This document shows, piece after piece, positions 9,501 through 18,860 of a stretch of 64,000 nt of DNA. The stretch is from Patescibacteria group bacterium (GTDB lineage: Bacteria; Patescibacteriota; Patescibacteriia; JBDRGY01): the NCBI GenBank assembly GCA_043817315.1, contig JBDRGY010000003.1, positions 59,181 to 123,180 of the forward strand. Reading direction: 5' to 3'. The position numbers were made by a program, and so were the translations under genes. Below the pieces are notes generated by a model. The model made no database searches. It was not told the origin of the DNA and was given only the letters and a program-made list of their open reading frames with translations. Numbering within the stretch: position 1 is the stretch's first letter; the number at the start of each line of letters is the position of its first letter.

Positions 9501-12500
9501 CACCTCTTCTATCGACTGTGACCAGTGTGATGAAGACCAGGTAGGCTGTCGCGCTTTTAGAGAACAACCGCTTGAAGCCAATGCTCCTGATAAAGAACAC
9601 GCTTGGCGTACCGGAAATCACTGTTCCGATGATATGTCAATTTCTTGTGCCACTGATGCCGAATGTGTAGCAGCCAGCGCCGGAATCTGTATACCGGAAG
9701 TGGACTTTATTATGGATAGTGGCAAAGAATGCCCGGCTCGCTACGTTGGCTGCGAAGAATACACCAATTTGGACATAGTAGCCCAGGGTGGTGAAGGAAA
9801 AGAATATTATACTTATCTTAGGTTGTGTGCTGAACCGGGCAATGCCGGATGTACCACCTATTATACTTGGGAAGGTTCAGCTACCGCCGGATACCAAATC
9901 AAGATTCACTCCTTAATAGAAGGAGGAGATGGTGGTCCTTGCACCCAGATAGATTATGGAGCAGCTCCGGAGACTATCCAATGTGCCGGATTTGATATTT
10001 GTGATCCCGGAATAGATGGAGCTGATTGTCGTGAATACTATGATGCGGCCGGTATTGTCTATTACCGTATGGAAAGAGATACCATCACCTGTTCTGATGA
10101 CTGTCATCCCATGAGAAACACTATCGACGACCGCATCTACCCGGCCGTACCCAGTGAAAATGAAGAATGTTCTTCTAGCTATAAAGGTTGTAGAGAGTAT
10201 AAAGGATCAACCGGCTCCAATGTCAGGTTGGTAATGGATCATGATTTTGAAGAGGGCAATGTGGGAGAATGGAATGGCCAGATCAGTTCAGAAGCGATAA
10301 CTGCTGGCGGACATTCTCTATATACATCAGGGGCTATTAGCAACAGCATGGATGTCAATAATAACCTGACTTATATTTTATCTTTCTGGGCCAAAGGTAG
10401 TGGCACTACCCTCAATCCGATTACTATAGGAACTGTTCAATTTGACCTGGAACCAGGCGAGATTGCCCTGAATGATGAATGGCACAACTATACAGTGGGA
10501 CCGTTGGTCTATGGAGATGATTCCGATGTGGTAAATTTGACCATCAGTGGTTCAGGCAATTTCTTCATTGATAACATTGTGTTACAAGAAGTGGGGGCCA
10601 GCCTCTATCTGATCAAGGATTCATATGATATCTGCGACCAGGTAAATTGTGACGAATACTATGACCTGCAGAAGGATAAACATTTTCTTAAATCATTCAC
10701 TAGATTGTGTCGCGAAGAAGCTATCGGCTGTGAAGCCCTGATCGATACCCAGAATTCTTCGGACAACCCCTTTGCCGAAACCTTCTTTACTGGTACCGAA
10801 GATGAACTGACCGTGGCTGGTGATTTGACTAGGACCTTAGTCAACAACAAAAAACATTACTGCAAGCCCGATGCTAAGGGTTGTAGCCGATTGGGAGCTC
10901 CTACCAAGGAACAAGATCAATCGGTATCGGGTTTCGAATCGACTTTTCTAAAAAATGACCCCGATAAATATGACGATATCTTGTGTCGTACCAGAGAAGT
11001 CGGTTGTGATGCCTTTGATATCGAAGATAATGATTCTATCCTCTACTTTAAAGACCCGGGTAGACGAGTCTGTACCTGGCAGGAGGGAGTCAATGTCGGT
11101 AGCGGTCAACTAGTCTCCGGTTGGTTCAGATTTGGAACCACTGAGGCCTGTAATCCTGATGCCGATATCTATGACACTCGAGATGATGATTTTAACAACG
11201 ATTTTGTAGCAGGTGATACTAATGACCTATGTCAGTATCGGGTATTGGGAGAATGTATCGGCACCGATGATCCTTGTAACAATGATACTGATTGTGGTGG
11301 TGTTGACTCTTGTGTTGATATCAAGAGACGCTGGTGTCTCAAATCAAGCCCGGCCGGCGAGTGCCACCCCTGTTATGCCAAAACTTGCCCCAAGGACGAA
11401 AGTACCTGTACTGAATACCGTGATCCTTTATCCAAAGCAATCAGTGTAAATATTCCCGAAGTCAACGCCTTAGATTGTGAGGTGCATTGTCCCATTCAGT
11501 ACGATGGCATGGGAGAACCACTACTGGTTGATGCCGATTGTATCACAGTCGGCTATGCGGGCGGAGGCCGACCTGGCTGTCAGCCTTATCACTATCTATC
11601 AAACAGTGTTGATAAAGAATCCTGCAATAGCATCATTAATCCGGACGACAGTTGTGTGGCTTTTGCCGAGATGCGTAATCTCTATGAAGATATCAACCCG
11701 GAAGGAACTACTTCGCCTTTTGCCCCAGCTGCCTGTAACGGCTGTTCTATTAATCGTCAGGGAGTGGGCAATACGGATAATGAATTGGCAGAAATATGCT
11801 CTGACAATGAAGACTGTTGCGCCAACGTACCGTTTAATCCGGGCGACAACGTAGATTTAGGGGCTTGCCGGGCCAATACTATATTGAAAGTAGCTCCGGA
11901 TCGGGAATGTAATAAATGGGCGTACTGTCGCACCAGTTGGACTATAAATATGCCCAACGGTGATAAGGAAAAAATGTGTTTTGAGATAGGAGCCTGTAAT
12001 AAAGTAGATGCCAGTGGAGAATGTGTCAACACTTTGGACTTGGGAGTTTGCTCTGGTGATCCTACTCAAACGTGTACCCAGGATTATGATTGTAATATTG
12101 GAGAAACCTGTGTTATTAATGAGATTACAGTTGATTCTCCGGGGGAAATAGAAACTATCCAAAATCTATCAGGCCTGGCCGTAGCCGGAGCCAGCTGGAA
12201 ACCGGATGGCAGTGTAGTAGTGCCCGGTTATTATGCCTATGCCGGCATGAAAGAAGTGGGCCTGGGTATTGACCTGATTAACGGCGATATGGAAGAAGGG
12301 GAAACTGATCCCTGGACGCCGGTGGGTGATACCTCTTCATTAGAACTAGAAACTTCTAATCCCCAGGACTATACTCTGAAAGTGTCAGCTTCCGAAGAAA
12401 ACCACGGCACCGCTTACAGTCTAAACGGTTGGGTGTCAGAGGGTGATAAAGTATTTATAAATTTCTGGGCCAAAGCCGGTGAAGGTGCCTCATCTATTAG

Positions 12501-15500
12501 AGTAACCATAGGGGTTAACGGAAATATTGAGGCTCATAGTGAACTAATAACCCTATCTTCCAGTTGGAAAGAATATTCAGTTTATTTCGAAAATATTAAT
12601 TGTGGTGGTGGTTCTTGTGGTACAGCCTATCTTAACTTCATATTACCTAATTCACCCGGCAATCTAGTTTCTTTCTATATCAACGACGTCTCCTTACAGA
12701 CTGTCCTTGAAAAACACAGTGACTGGGAAGCTTCCTATCCTAATGATGAAGATGTGCCCAGTTATCAACAGCAAGATCCTCAATTTGTGGCTCGTTCTTG
12801 CAGAATGTATCCAAGGGAAGATTCTTTACAATGCAGCTATTTTGACAGAGCCAACGCCCGTTCCTATAACGGCTGGAAAGGCTATTGTGTAGAAAAAGAT
12901 CCTCGAAATTCCAATTATTGTCTGCAGTGGTGGCCGGTGGATATCATCCAGGGTGAATCTGATATCTTTGGTACGGAACAGATGGCCGGCTATTTCGGCC
13001 GCACCCCGCTTTACTACTGTCTGCAAATGGGTGTTTACGAATTACACCGTTCTTTTTACAAAACCTTAACCTGTAAATACTGCAAGGAGAAATGTCCCAG
13101 TGGCTACACCAAGAGAACAATAGGAGGTGGTGATAACTGCACTTGCTGTTGGCATTGCGGTCAGATAGCCGGTGATCGTAAAAAGGTGTACTGCGATCCG
13201 GTAGGCGGCGATCACTGGGAGATTTACGACGGTGATATTCTTTACGACAAAGATAACAAGCAGGTAGAAATTATTGCTAAGAAATGTGAAGTGGTAGCCA
13301 AGGTGGTGGGAGTTAGAGGAGAAAATATGGCCTGGGCCGAACGCACTAAATATGGTTCTGATTATACGGTGGTGCCGGATATCGGCTCAACCATCGGTAC
13401 CGACAGGGACCCCTTTGGCTCTTTAGTGCCCCCGGCTAATCAAGAGGATTATCCGGACGGCTGGTCTGGCTCCCCCCCAGAATTTACAGGCTCGGCTAAT
13501 GTGCCGGAACCCCAACCTTTATTTGTGATTCCGGACACCCAGGCCAATTATGAGTCCCTGGCCAGGGCTGGTAAGCCGATGTGTTGCTATGACAATCCGG
13601 GTTGTGGCAGTTCCAATGCCAGGATCAATACCCCTGAATATACCAGGAATGAAAAAATCAACACTACACCATCAGGCGGCAAAGAAAGACTAAAGAGGAT
13701 CTTTGCCAAAGGAATGAGTGCCTGGGTCTGGAATGAACCGAGATGTGAAGAGGGATCTGACCTCTTTCAGTGTACTAATCAAACGGATCCTGGCGTACCA
13801 ATCCAGGGAATCAGTGATATAGACGGCCAGGGTTGTGAGAATGATGCCGGCAATCAAGATGACAATCTATGTTTATTTGAAGCGGGTAGTTGTTCCTCAA
13901 AGATATGTATTATTCCCGGGGTGGATGAAAGCAAGATAGGTTCTTATGATGATGACGGCACTCCTTATATGCACGGCCGTTCCTGCGGTTGTCCGGCTGG
14001 TGAAGGTTTTTGTGAAGTAGTGCAACAATGTAATGATCCGGCAGAAGCTGATTATCTCTTCCCTTGTGGTGATGAAGTCTGTTCGGGAGAGGATATTTGC
14101 GTCCAGTCAATGTGTACCGGGGATAATTTGCATCCGGGCTGGGAAGGAACTTATAACTGTGAAGTCCAAAACAACTGTCCGGACGGTGCTTTCTGTAATA
14201 CAAATAAATCTTGTCAGAGTTACGAACAAACCTGTACTTGCCCCGATGGAGATTGCAATCTGCAATCAGATGTATGCACTAACCATCCCACTATCACTTG
14301 TGATGAAGATGCTGACTGTTGTACCGTGGCTGACGGGGTAGAGTGTACCGGCAGTTGGTGTAATCTCAATAATTCTTGGTGGTGCTCGGCTAATTCCGAC
14401 TGTTCTTATTGTGAAGCTACCGGAGAGCTGTGTATTACTGCGGAACAGATTACCGCCTGTGCTGATGCCGGCAGCTCCTGCCTCAATGATGTCTGTAATG
14501 ATTTATGCGGTCCTAACACTCAATATTTTTGCAGTAATAATCCTACTTTAATATGTGACCCGGACGGACAATGTGACCCGGACTGGGGCTGTGATGCCGC
14601 TAGTCGTTGCGTCAAAGTGGATGAAACTTGTGATTGCCCGGCTGATGCTGATGATTATACAGCCAATGATGTTGCCTACTGTGCCTCCACCAACGCAGCC
14701 GGAGATGAAAATTTCTGTCTCCAGGGACAAGAAGCTTGTGGTTGCCTGGGCGGGCCGGCTGATTGTGAAGCCATTGAAAGATGCTCAGTACCGACCGATG
14801 ACGGACCGGACGGTATCCCAGACACTTATGACGATACTCACACTTCGCCCTGTACCGGTGGTGAAGACCTGTGCTGGGAAGATGCCGGAGCTTGTTATGA
14901 CGGAGTATGTTCAGCCGGGGGCAAGCCTTGTGATGACGCTAACCCTTGTGAGGCGGATGAAGGCTATTGTGTCCAGTACATGTGTGTAGTGGATTACGCA
15001 GTATCCAACACAGCCTGGCAAAAAGGCGGAGTCAATTATATGCAGGCTTGCAGTAGTAGCAATCAGTGTGCTGGAGCTCAAGCTTCTTGCCAGAATTTTG
15101 ATGGTGCCTGCTATTTCCCCTATGATGCACCAGAAGACGGTTCGGTCTGTTTTGAAGACGAAGATTGTTTTTCGACGGCTGCTGTGGCCGGTGGCGAATA
15201 TGGAACCTGTAATGCCAAATACTGTTCGGCTGGAGCCTGGGGCCGTTGTGGCGGTGGAGGTCGGTCCTGCAATCAAGGTGATGAATGTGATGATGGTGTG
15301 GGGGGAACATTATGTGTCAAGAAATTATATAGCTCATGTAATGATGCTGAAGATTGTGGCACTCCACCCTTTGGTGTCTGTCGGGGCACCTGCTCTTTTA
15401 CCGGTTGGACTTGCAGAACCAGCTGTTTCCCCTTTGGGGGAAGTTGCAATAACCCGCACTGCATCGGTGGTCCCAATAACAATGAATCTTGTGGCTCCGA

Positions 15501-16017
15501 TATGGATTGTCGGGGAGATGAGGCCTCATCAACCGCTGGTTATGTGTCGGCTGATTCCCACCTGTCGGTTTGGGATCAGGATTTTGAAGACATGCCGGTT
15601 TGCAATCCTGGTGACCGACAGACTTATGATCCCAGCGATGATGCTTTGGATTACTGCTATTATCCTCCTCTAGTTTCCAATGTCAAAGCTAATGGTAGTA
15701 CTCACGAAGATATTACCATTAACGGATCCGGTCCGATTATTCTGACCTTTAACTCTTCGGTCAATGCCGAACAACTGCCCCTGAGACTGGTTATTGTCGA
15801 TTTTGGTGACGGCTATGTTTTCCGCCGTCGCTTTACTCCGGGAGTACAACCCCATGATGATCCCAGCAATCCCCATGTAATTTCTCACCGCTATGAGTAT
15901 AACGGCACTCCCACTGATTACACTATTAAGGTGACTATCAGCGATAACTGGCAAAAAACCAATGATCCCAATCATCCCAACTCACAATACGCTGGGACAA
16001 TCACGGTTGGACCCTAA
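6529..16017 (+). CDS. Giant (3162 aa) secreted/anchored cysteine-rich surface protein with three CBM4/9-like carbohydrate-binding-type modules and a PKD-like C-terminal domain
   Basis: N-terminal hydrophobic signal/anchor. Several hundred Cys in recurring CxxC / C-x-D-x-x-D-C spacing. Three modules starting N/S-x-F-E / DMEEGET ... W and ending Y/I-[ID]-[ND]-[IV]-[VS]-LQ (aa ~760-900, ~1230-1360, ~1910-2060) resemble CBM_4_9. C-terminus has PKD-like VDFGDGY. Uninterrupted 9.5-kb ORF. Confidence 0.7.
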   Translation: MGIKHSLKTKMKKALAFIALFGLVVQIAGPVLLYPEIAHAGLPTFATVIAEPFRQMIDAVKYAIQIAGDVMFKNALRTFTAKIAYDTAVWIGSGGKGQKPLFVTKPGRYLADAADSAAGDFLDQLSTAAWGESLCDIAPELKFSIYESIKIQYSLDEKAIRKASCTASDIWKNVQGTQLIAEMEDMFELEQSSLGQLIEIGLQAPEEAAKGREQKQHEYEFGGGYLPTMTFSGIVKTPSVSLSAMVDRSLDLITKSEEQYTGNAVADAIGVFFNTLIKTWIKTLFDEGLNPNVQEGVGQKPKSGVLAAREKFFSLAVPKFSTGGPVDILNELAACPSDARYRTTNNCVIDDRFRLAVEQKMRVKDAVAQGLLDEYKIFGYDAAGQQPDFRNGYPYNTMVVLRKYRILPVGWELAAKYIRDKEDPRQLHTLKDVLEAYDDCPVCDENSENVGDLCDDNDDCIDGPTAPGLCDFTLDSPLCGLVDPAWVLKAPQVTCNRQGPGEQIVHEDWERIVDVNNDGEINQEDPPVQMVTRANYCADDQTCIKENDDGSCAQYGYCYEEKEIWKIDGNGCPEQYGSCLGFKNSNNKSVAYLTDTLDFDHCDENNVGCKWYCQDWDDTTAGYQCNNYPINPLDADSPGPDGDPATLDDNNQIQCTNPDGCTCYTEDNLADPVLDEAGDSCVIADGEWSCTPKCVLPYECQLAECLCVSWSGDYCNVAPGGTECDLGGQPCTLNNSKLTIDSDAETCKAKDTGCSEYIRIVEGTNLLSNSSFEIFTGDANDGAEDTFDAWVKKPGSTFVTYAQVNPYLGNHTLVIEGGAANDYLAHYFETATPIENRSFTFSYYAKTDNSGCSGAYGIDGDQAAGGGATANYTTNWERYHYTHNFTKHCLDAGHALCSTDADCAAGVSCGGDTSIQPFVRPAPGCKLYVDAAQVEVGFVPTEYKEYNTVNQLYLNENRVACLSEEANCNLYTPRRGGDSVPAVITEAGSCDTSSIDCDQCDEDQVGCRAFREQPLEANAPDKEHAWRTGNHCSDDMSISCATDAECVAASAGICIPEVDFIMDSGKECPARYVGCEEYTNLDIVAQGGEGKEYYTYLRLCAEPGNAGCTTYYTWEGSATAGYQIKIHSLIEGGDGGPCTQIDYGAAPETIQCAGFDICDPGIDGADCREYYDAAGIVYYRMERDTITCSDDCHPMRNTIDDRIYPAVPSENEECSSSYKGCREYKGSTGSNVRLVMDHDFEEGNVGEWNGQISSEAITAGGHSLYTSGAISNSMDVNNNLTYILSFWAKGSGTTLNPITIGTVQFDLEPGEIALNDEWHNYTVGPLVYGDDSDVVNLTISGSGNFFIDNIVLQEVGASLYLIKDSYDICDQVNCDEYYDLQKDKHFLKSFTRLCREEAIGCEALIDTQNSSDNPFAETFFTGTEDELTVAGDLTRTLVNNKKHYCKPDAKGCSRLGAPTKEQDQSVSGFESTFLKNDPDKYDDILCRTREVGCDAFDIEDNDSILYFKDPGRRVCTWQEGVNVGSGQLVSGWFRFGTTEACNPDADIYDTRDDDFNNDFVAGDTNDLCQYRVLGECIGTDDPCNNDTDCGGVDSCVDIKRRWCLKSSPAGECHPCYAKTCPKDESTCTEYRDPLSKAISVNIPEVNALDCEVHCPIQYDGMGEPLLVDADCITVGYAGGGRPGCQPYHYLSNSVDKESCNSIINPDDSCVAFAEMRNLYEDINPEGTTSPFAPAACNGCSINRQGVGNTDNELAEICSDNEDCCANVPFNPGDNVDLGACRANTILKVAPDRECNKWAYCRTSWTINMPNGDKEKMCFEIGACNKVDASGECVNTLDLGVCSGDPTQTCTQDYDCNIGETCVINEITVDSPGEIETIQNLSGLAVAGASWKPDGSVVVPGYYAYAGMKEVGLGIDLINGDMEEGETDPWTPVGDTSSLELETSNPQDYTLKVSASEENHGTAYSLNGWVSEGDKVFINFWAKAGEGASSIRVTIGVNGNIEAHSELITLSSSWKEYSVYFENINCGGGSCGTAYLNFILPNSPGNLVSFYINDVSLQTVLEKHSDWEASYPNDEDVPSYQQQDPQFVARSCRMYPREDSLQCSYFDRANARSYNGWKGYCVEKDPRNSNYCLQWWPVDIIQGESDIFGTEQMAGYFGRTPLYYCLQMGVYELHRSFYKTLTCKYCKEKCPSGYTKRTIGGGDNCTCCWHCGQIAGDRKKVYCDPVGGDHWEIYDGDILYDKDNKQVEIIAKKCEVVAKVVGVRGENMAWAERTKYGSDYTVVPDIGSTIGTDRDPFGSLVPPANQEDYPDGWSGSPPEFTGSANVPEPQPLFVIPDTQANYESLARAGKPMCCYDNPGCGSSNARINTPEYTRNEKINTTPSGGKERLKRIFAKGMSAWVWNEPRCEEGSDLFQCTNQTDPGVPIQGISDIDGQGCENDAGNQDDNLCLFEAGSCSSKICIIPGVDESKIGSYDDDGTPYMHGRSCGCPAGEGFCEVVQQCNDPAEADYLFPCGDEVCSGEDICVQSMCTGDNLHPGWEGTYNCEVQNNCPDGAFCNTNKSCQSYEQTCTCPDGDCNLQSDVCTNHPTITCDEDADCCTVADGVECTGSWCNLNNSWWCSANSDCSYCEATGELCITAEQITACADAGSSCLNDVCNDLCGPNTQYFCSNNPTLICDPDGQCDPDWGCDAASRCVKVDETCDCPADADDYTANDVAYCASTNAAGDENFCLQGQEACGCLGGPADCEAIERCSVPTDDGPDGIPDTYDDTHTSPCTGGEDLCWEDAGACYDGVCSAGGKPCDDANPCEADEGYCVQYMCVVDYAVSNTAWQKGGVNYMQACSSSNQCAGAQASCQNFDGACYFPYDAPEDGSVCFEDEDCFSTAAVAGGEYGTCNAKYCSAGAWGRCGGGGRSCNQGDECDDGVGGTLCVKKLYSSCNDAEDCGTPPFGVCRGTCSFTGWTCRTSCFPFGGSCNNPHCIGGPNNNESCGSDMDCRGDEASSTAGYVSADSHLSVWDQDFEDMPVCNPGDRQTYDPSDDALDYCYYPPLVSNVKANGSTHEDITINGSGPIILTFNSSVNAEQLPLRLVIVDFGDGYVFRRRFTPGVQPHDDPSNPHVISHRYEYNGTPTDYTIKVTISDNWQKTNDPNHPNSQYAGTITVGP

Positions 16018-16049
16018 TATTTAGTCGCTAAAAAACAAAAATATAAAGA

Positions 16050-18860
16050 ATGACTCACTTGTTTCGGATAACTGAATTAATTAAAAATTCCCGCAAAGTC
16101 CAACTGGGCGCGGTTATGGTTTTTATTATCGTATTTATTGCCCTGATGATGCCCCAGCAGGCTAATGCTTCCGTTGGCAGTCAAGCGCTAAATATCCTGG
16201 GCAATATTATTGCCGGTTTGATGTGGCCCATTATCTGGCTGTTCGGCAACATGACTCGTCTGATGATCTTTTTGCTGATTCAGGTAGCTAAGTACAATGA
16301 CTTTGCAAATTCTACTGCGGTCAACATAGGTTGGTATCTGGTCAGAGATATTGCCAACCTCTTTTTCGTTATTGTCCTTCTAATCATTGCTGTCAGCACG
16401 GTCTTGGGTATTCAGTCTTGGAGTTATCGCAGCCTTTTGGGCAAGTTCATCCTGATGGTGATTTTGATAAATTTTTCCAAGCTGATCGCTTTATTTTTTA
16501 TAGACTTGAGTCAGGTAATAATGCTTACCTTTGTAGAGGCTTTTGAAGACACCATGGCCAACAATATCTTCGCGGCCGGAGGCTTCAATAAGCTGCTGCA
16601 TATGGGTACCCGTGAAGTTGGTGAATCCCAGGGTCTATCTATAGCAGCTGTATTGGGGTCGACTATTTTAGCCACTATCATGGTAGTGGTTATGTTTATC
16701 GTGCTAACGGCCATGACCATCATGCTGTTAATCAGAATTATTATGCTCTGGCTTTTGATCATCATTTCCCCCCTGGCCTACATGACAGCTACCATCCCGA
16801 CCAGCAAGAAATTTAGCAGCCAATGGTGGGGTATGTTCGGGCAATATCTGATGATCGGTCCGGTTATGGCTTTTTTCATCTGGTTGTCTATGATGCTGAT
16901 TGCCCAGACTCAAGGAGCGCCGTCTACGGAGATATTGGATGCGGGAGTAGCAGAGGAGTCGGTCTTGGGTGAACAACCAGAGGTCTATGGAGCCATTACC
17001 GAGATTTCCGAATCTGGTAATTTTTTAAGCTATGGCATGGCCATTATTTTGCTAACTACTTCTATGATATTTGCCCAGCAATCTGGGGTAATGGGATCCG
17101 GTATTGCCGGCAAGGCGCTGGGAGCGATCCAAAAAACTACCATGGCTCCTTTCAAAACAGCCGGTGGCATAATCAAATACGGACATAATAAGTTATATGG
17201 AAAAACCGGTGTACAACTTAATCCTATGGCTCTGGTACGCGGTGTCCAAGACACATTGAAAAAAAGAGAGAGGGATGATTTGGTTAAAGGTGCTGGAAAG
17301 GCCGGTGCAAGACTGGAAAGAGGGGGGCTGCCAGGCGTCATCGGCGGGTTTTTCGGGGCTGGCCGGGATGCTGCTGAAGCCCATGTCAGTGGTTTTTTGG
17401 GTATTAAAGGAATAGTGAGAGCAGTAAGGGTGGCGCGGCACGCTGCCCCGAGAGTTGCTAAAGTACGTGAGGGTCTGGAGGCAAAACAGGCAGTCATAAC
17501 CCAGAATAGTGATGATTTGGGCGCAAATTATGGAAAGGCTTTTGACAGCACTCATGCCGAAAGACAAACAATGTGGGATAGACATGATGACTTGGAAAGA
17601 GAATACCCGCAACTGGAGCAAAATGTAAGAGATGCTGAAGCTGCTTTTGCAGCGGCTGAAGCCACGGGTACCGATAAAGAAATACAAAAAGCCAGTGATA
17701 AGCTTGATGAAGCCGAGGCCGACGAATCTGCCAATAAGGCAGAGAGGAAGGGTTTAGCTGAATCCGCCGGGCCCAGAGATTTACTGAATCAGGATGAAGA
17801 GCTGGTTAAGAAAGAAGTGGAAACCCGTAAAGGTGTATTAAGAACATTGAATCAAGAGGCCAATAAGGTTCAATCCTATTTGGATAGAATACAACCACCC
17901 AGAGCTTTCTACGCTACTCGGGAAAGGCGGATGCTGGAAGAAGAAGAGGCTGGTAAGATTGACTCAACCAACGAAGATGAGCTGATCCAGATGTTTAGGA
18001 ATGCCCATGCTAATGGTGACATGGTCCAGGCGGCAGCCATTTTTCGTCAAGCTACCAAGGCTGGCCATTTTAATGAAATTATTAATCACGGAGCCAGGGC
18101 AAGGAAAGATTGGTGGCTGGACAAACATGGTGGCACCACTGACAAGAAAGCTGATGGAGTAAAACAGATTGTCTGGCAAGGTGGATTATTTCCCAGTTCA
18201 GCTGGCGGCCCCAATGCCTTTTTCCGGGATGTGATGCAAGGTCAGATGAAAATGGGAGAACAGCATGCCCTATCTTTACAAAACGACTTGAGTAGTTATG
18301 CCGAAGCCATAGGACATTGGGGAGTTGCAGGGCAAATGATTGGTGCCAAGGATGGTAAACTATTCCAGCGGACGGAACCGGATCGTTTGAAACGGTGTGA
18401 TGGTGAATCCGGTAAGAAAGATACTGAAGGCTTGATGCGTCATTCCAGCCGCTTACTGCTGGGGGGTGAAACAGTCGATCCTTTCGATCCCTCAAAAAGA
18501 GAACATACTTTATCACCACTGGGTGTCTCTATTCTAAAGCGTACCATTGTCAGTACCTTGAGTAACTTGCCGCGCGGCCGGTTTAACGAAAACCAAGCGG
18601 CTGCTTTGGTTACCCCCCGCAACCTCAAAATTATGAGAGAGGTTGCCGCAACAATTCCTGATAGTGACGTTTTAAAGTATAATGGTAGACGACGCAAAAC
18701 CAAAGAACTATTAGAAGAAATGATCAGGGGCATTCAGCGATATGCTGCCACTTCTCTGGACAAATCTGGCGAGGAGATGGACGATTTAATAGAATCCATA
18801 GATGGTTTGAAAGACGCATTACCCACAAATATTTCAACACCACCAAAAGCAAAAGCATGA
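16050..18860 (+). CDS. VirB6/TrbL-like polytopic membrane protein with a ~550-aa charged/coiled-coil C-terminal extension
   Basis: 936 aa. N-terminal signal-like segment then ~7 TM helices within the first ~380 aa, as in TrbL/VirB6. The remaining sequence is hydrophilic and K/E/A/R-rich. Immediately downstream of the giant protein, with 4-nt ATGA overlap into the next ORF. Confidence 0.5.
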   Translation: MTHLFRITELIKNSRKVQLGAVMVFIIVFIALMMPQQANASVGSQALNILGNIIAGLMWPIIWLFGNMTRLMIFLLIQVAKYNDFANSTAVNIGWYLVRDIANLFFVIVLLIIAVSTVLGIQSWSYRSLLGKFILMVILINFSKLIALFFIDLSQVIMLTFVEAFEDTMANNIFAAGGFNKLLHMGTREVGESQGLSIAAVLGSTILATIMVVVMFIVLTAMTIMLLIRIIMLWLLIIISPLAYMTATIPTSKKFSSQWWGMFGQYLMIGPVMAFFIWLSMMLIAQTQGAPSTEILDAGVAEESVLGEQPEVYGAITEISESGNFLSYGMAIILLTTSMIFAQQSGVMGSGIAGKALGAIQKTTMAPFKTAGGIIKYGHNKLYGKTGVQLNPMALVRGVQDTLKKRERDDLVKGAGKAGARLERGGLPGVIGGFFGAGRDAAEAHVSGFLGIKGIVRAVRVARHAAPRVAKVREGLEAKQAVITQNSDDLGANYGKAFDSTHAERQTMWDRHDDLEREYPQLEQNVRDAEAAFAAAEATGTDKEIQKASDKLDEAEADESANKAERKGLAESAGPRDLLNQDEELVKKEVETRKGVLRTLNQEANKVQSYLDRIQPPRAFYATRERRMLEEEEAGKIDSTNEDELIQMFRNAHANGDMVQAAAIFRQATKAGHFNEIINHGARARKDWWLDKHGGTTDKKADGVKQIVWQGGLFPSSAGGPNAFFRDVMQGQMKMGEQHALSLQNDLSSYAEAIGHWGVAGQMIGAKDGKLFQRTEPDRLKRCDGESGKKDTEGLMRHSSRLLLGGETVDPFDPSKREHTLSPLGVSILKRTIVSTLSNLPRGRFNENQAAALVTPRNLKIMREVAATIPDSDVLKYNGRRRKTKELLEEMIRGIQRYAATSLDKSGEEMDDLIESIDGLKDALPTNISTPPKAKA

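Noticed and set aside
7200-15975. Numerous 60-145-aa ORFs on both strands inside the 9.5-kb giant gene (e.g. 7200..7403, 11477..11854, 14555..14989, 15068..15673)
   Set aside because: All lie within or antisense to a single long, uninterrupted, pattern-rich coding frame. Their products are low-complexity, with no starts, RBS or motifs, and are the expected by-product of a long ORF.
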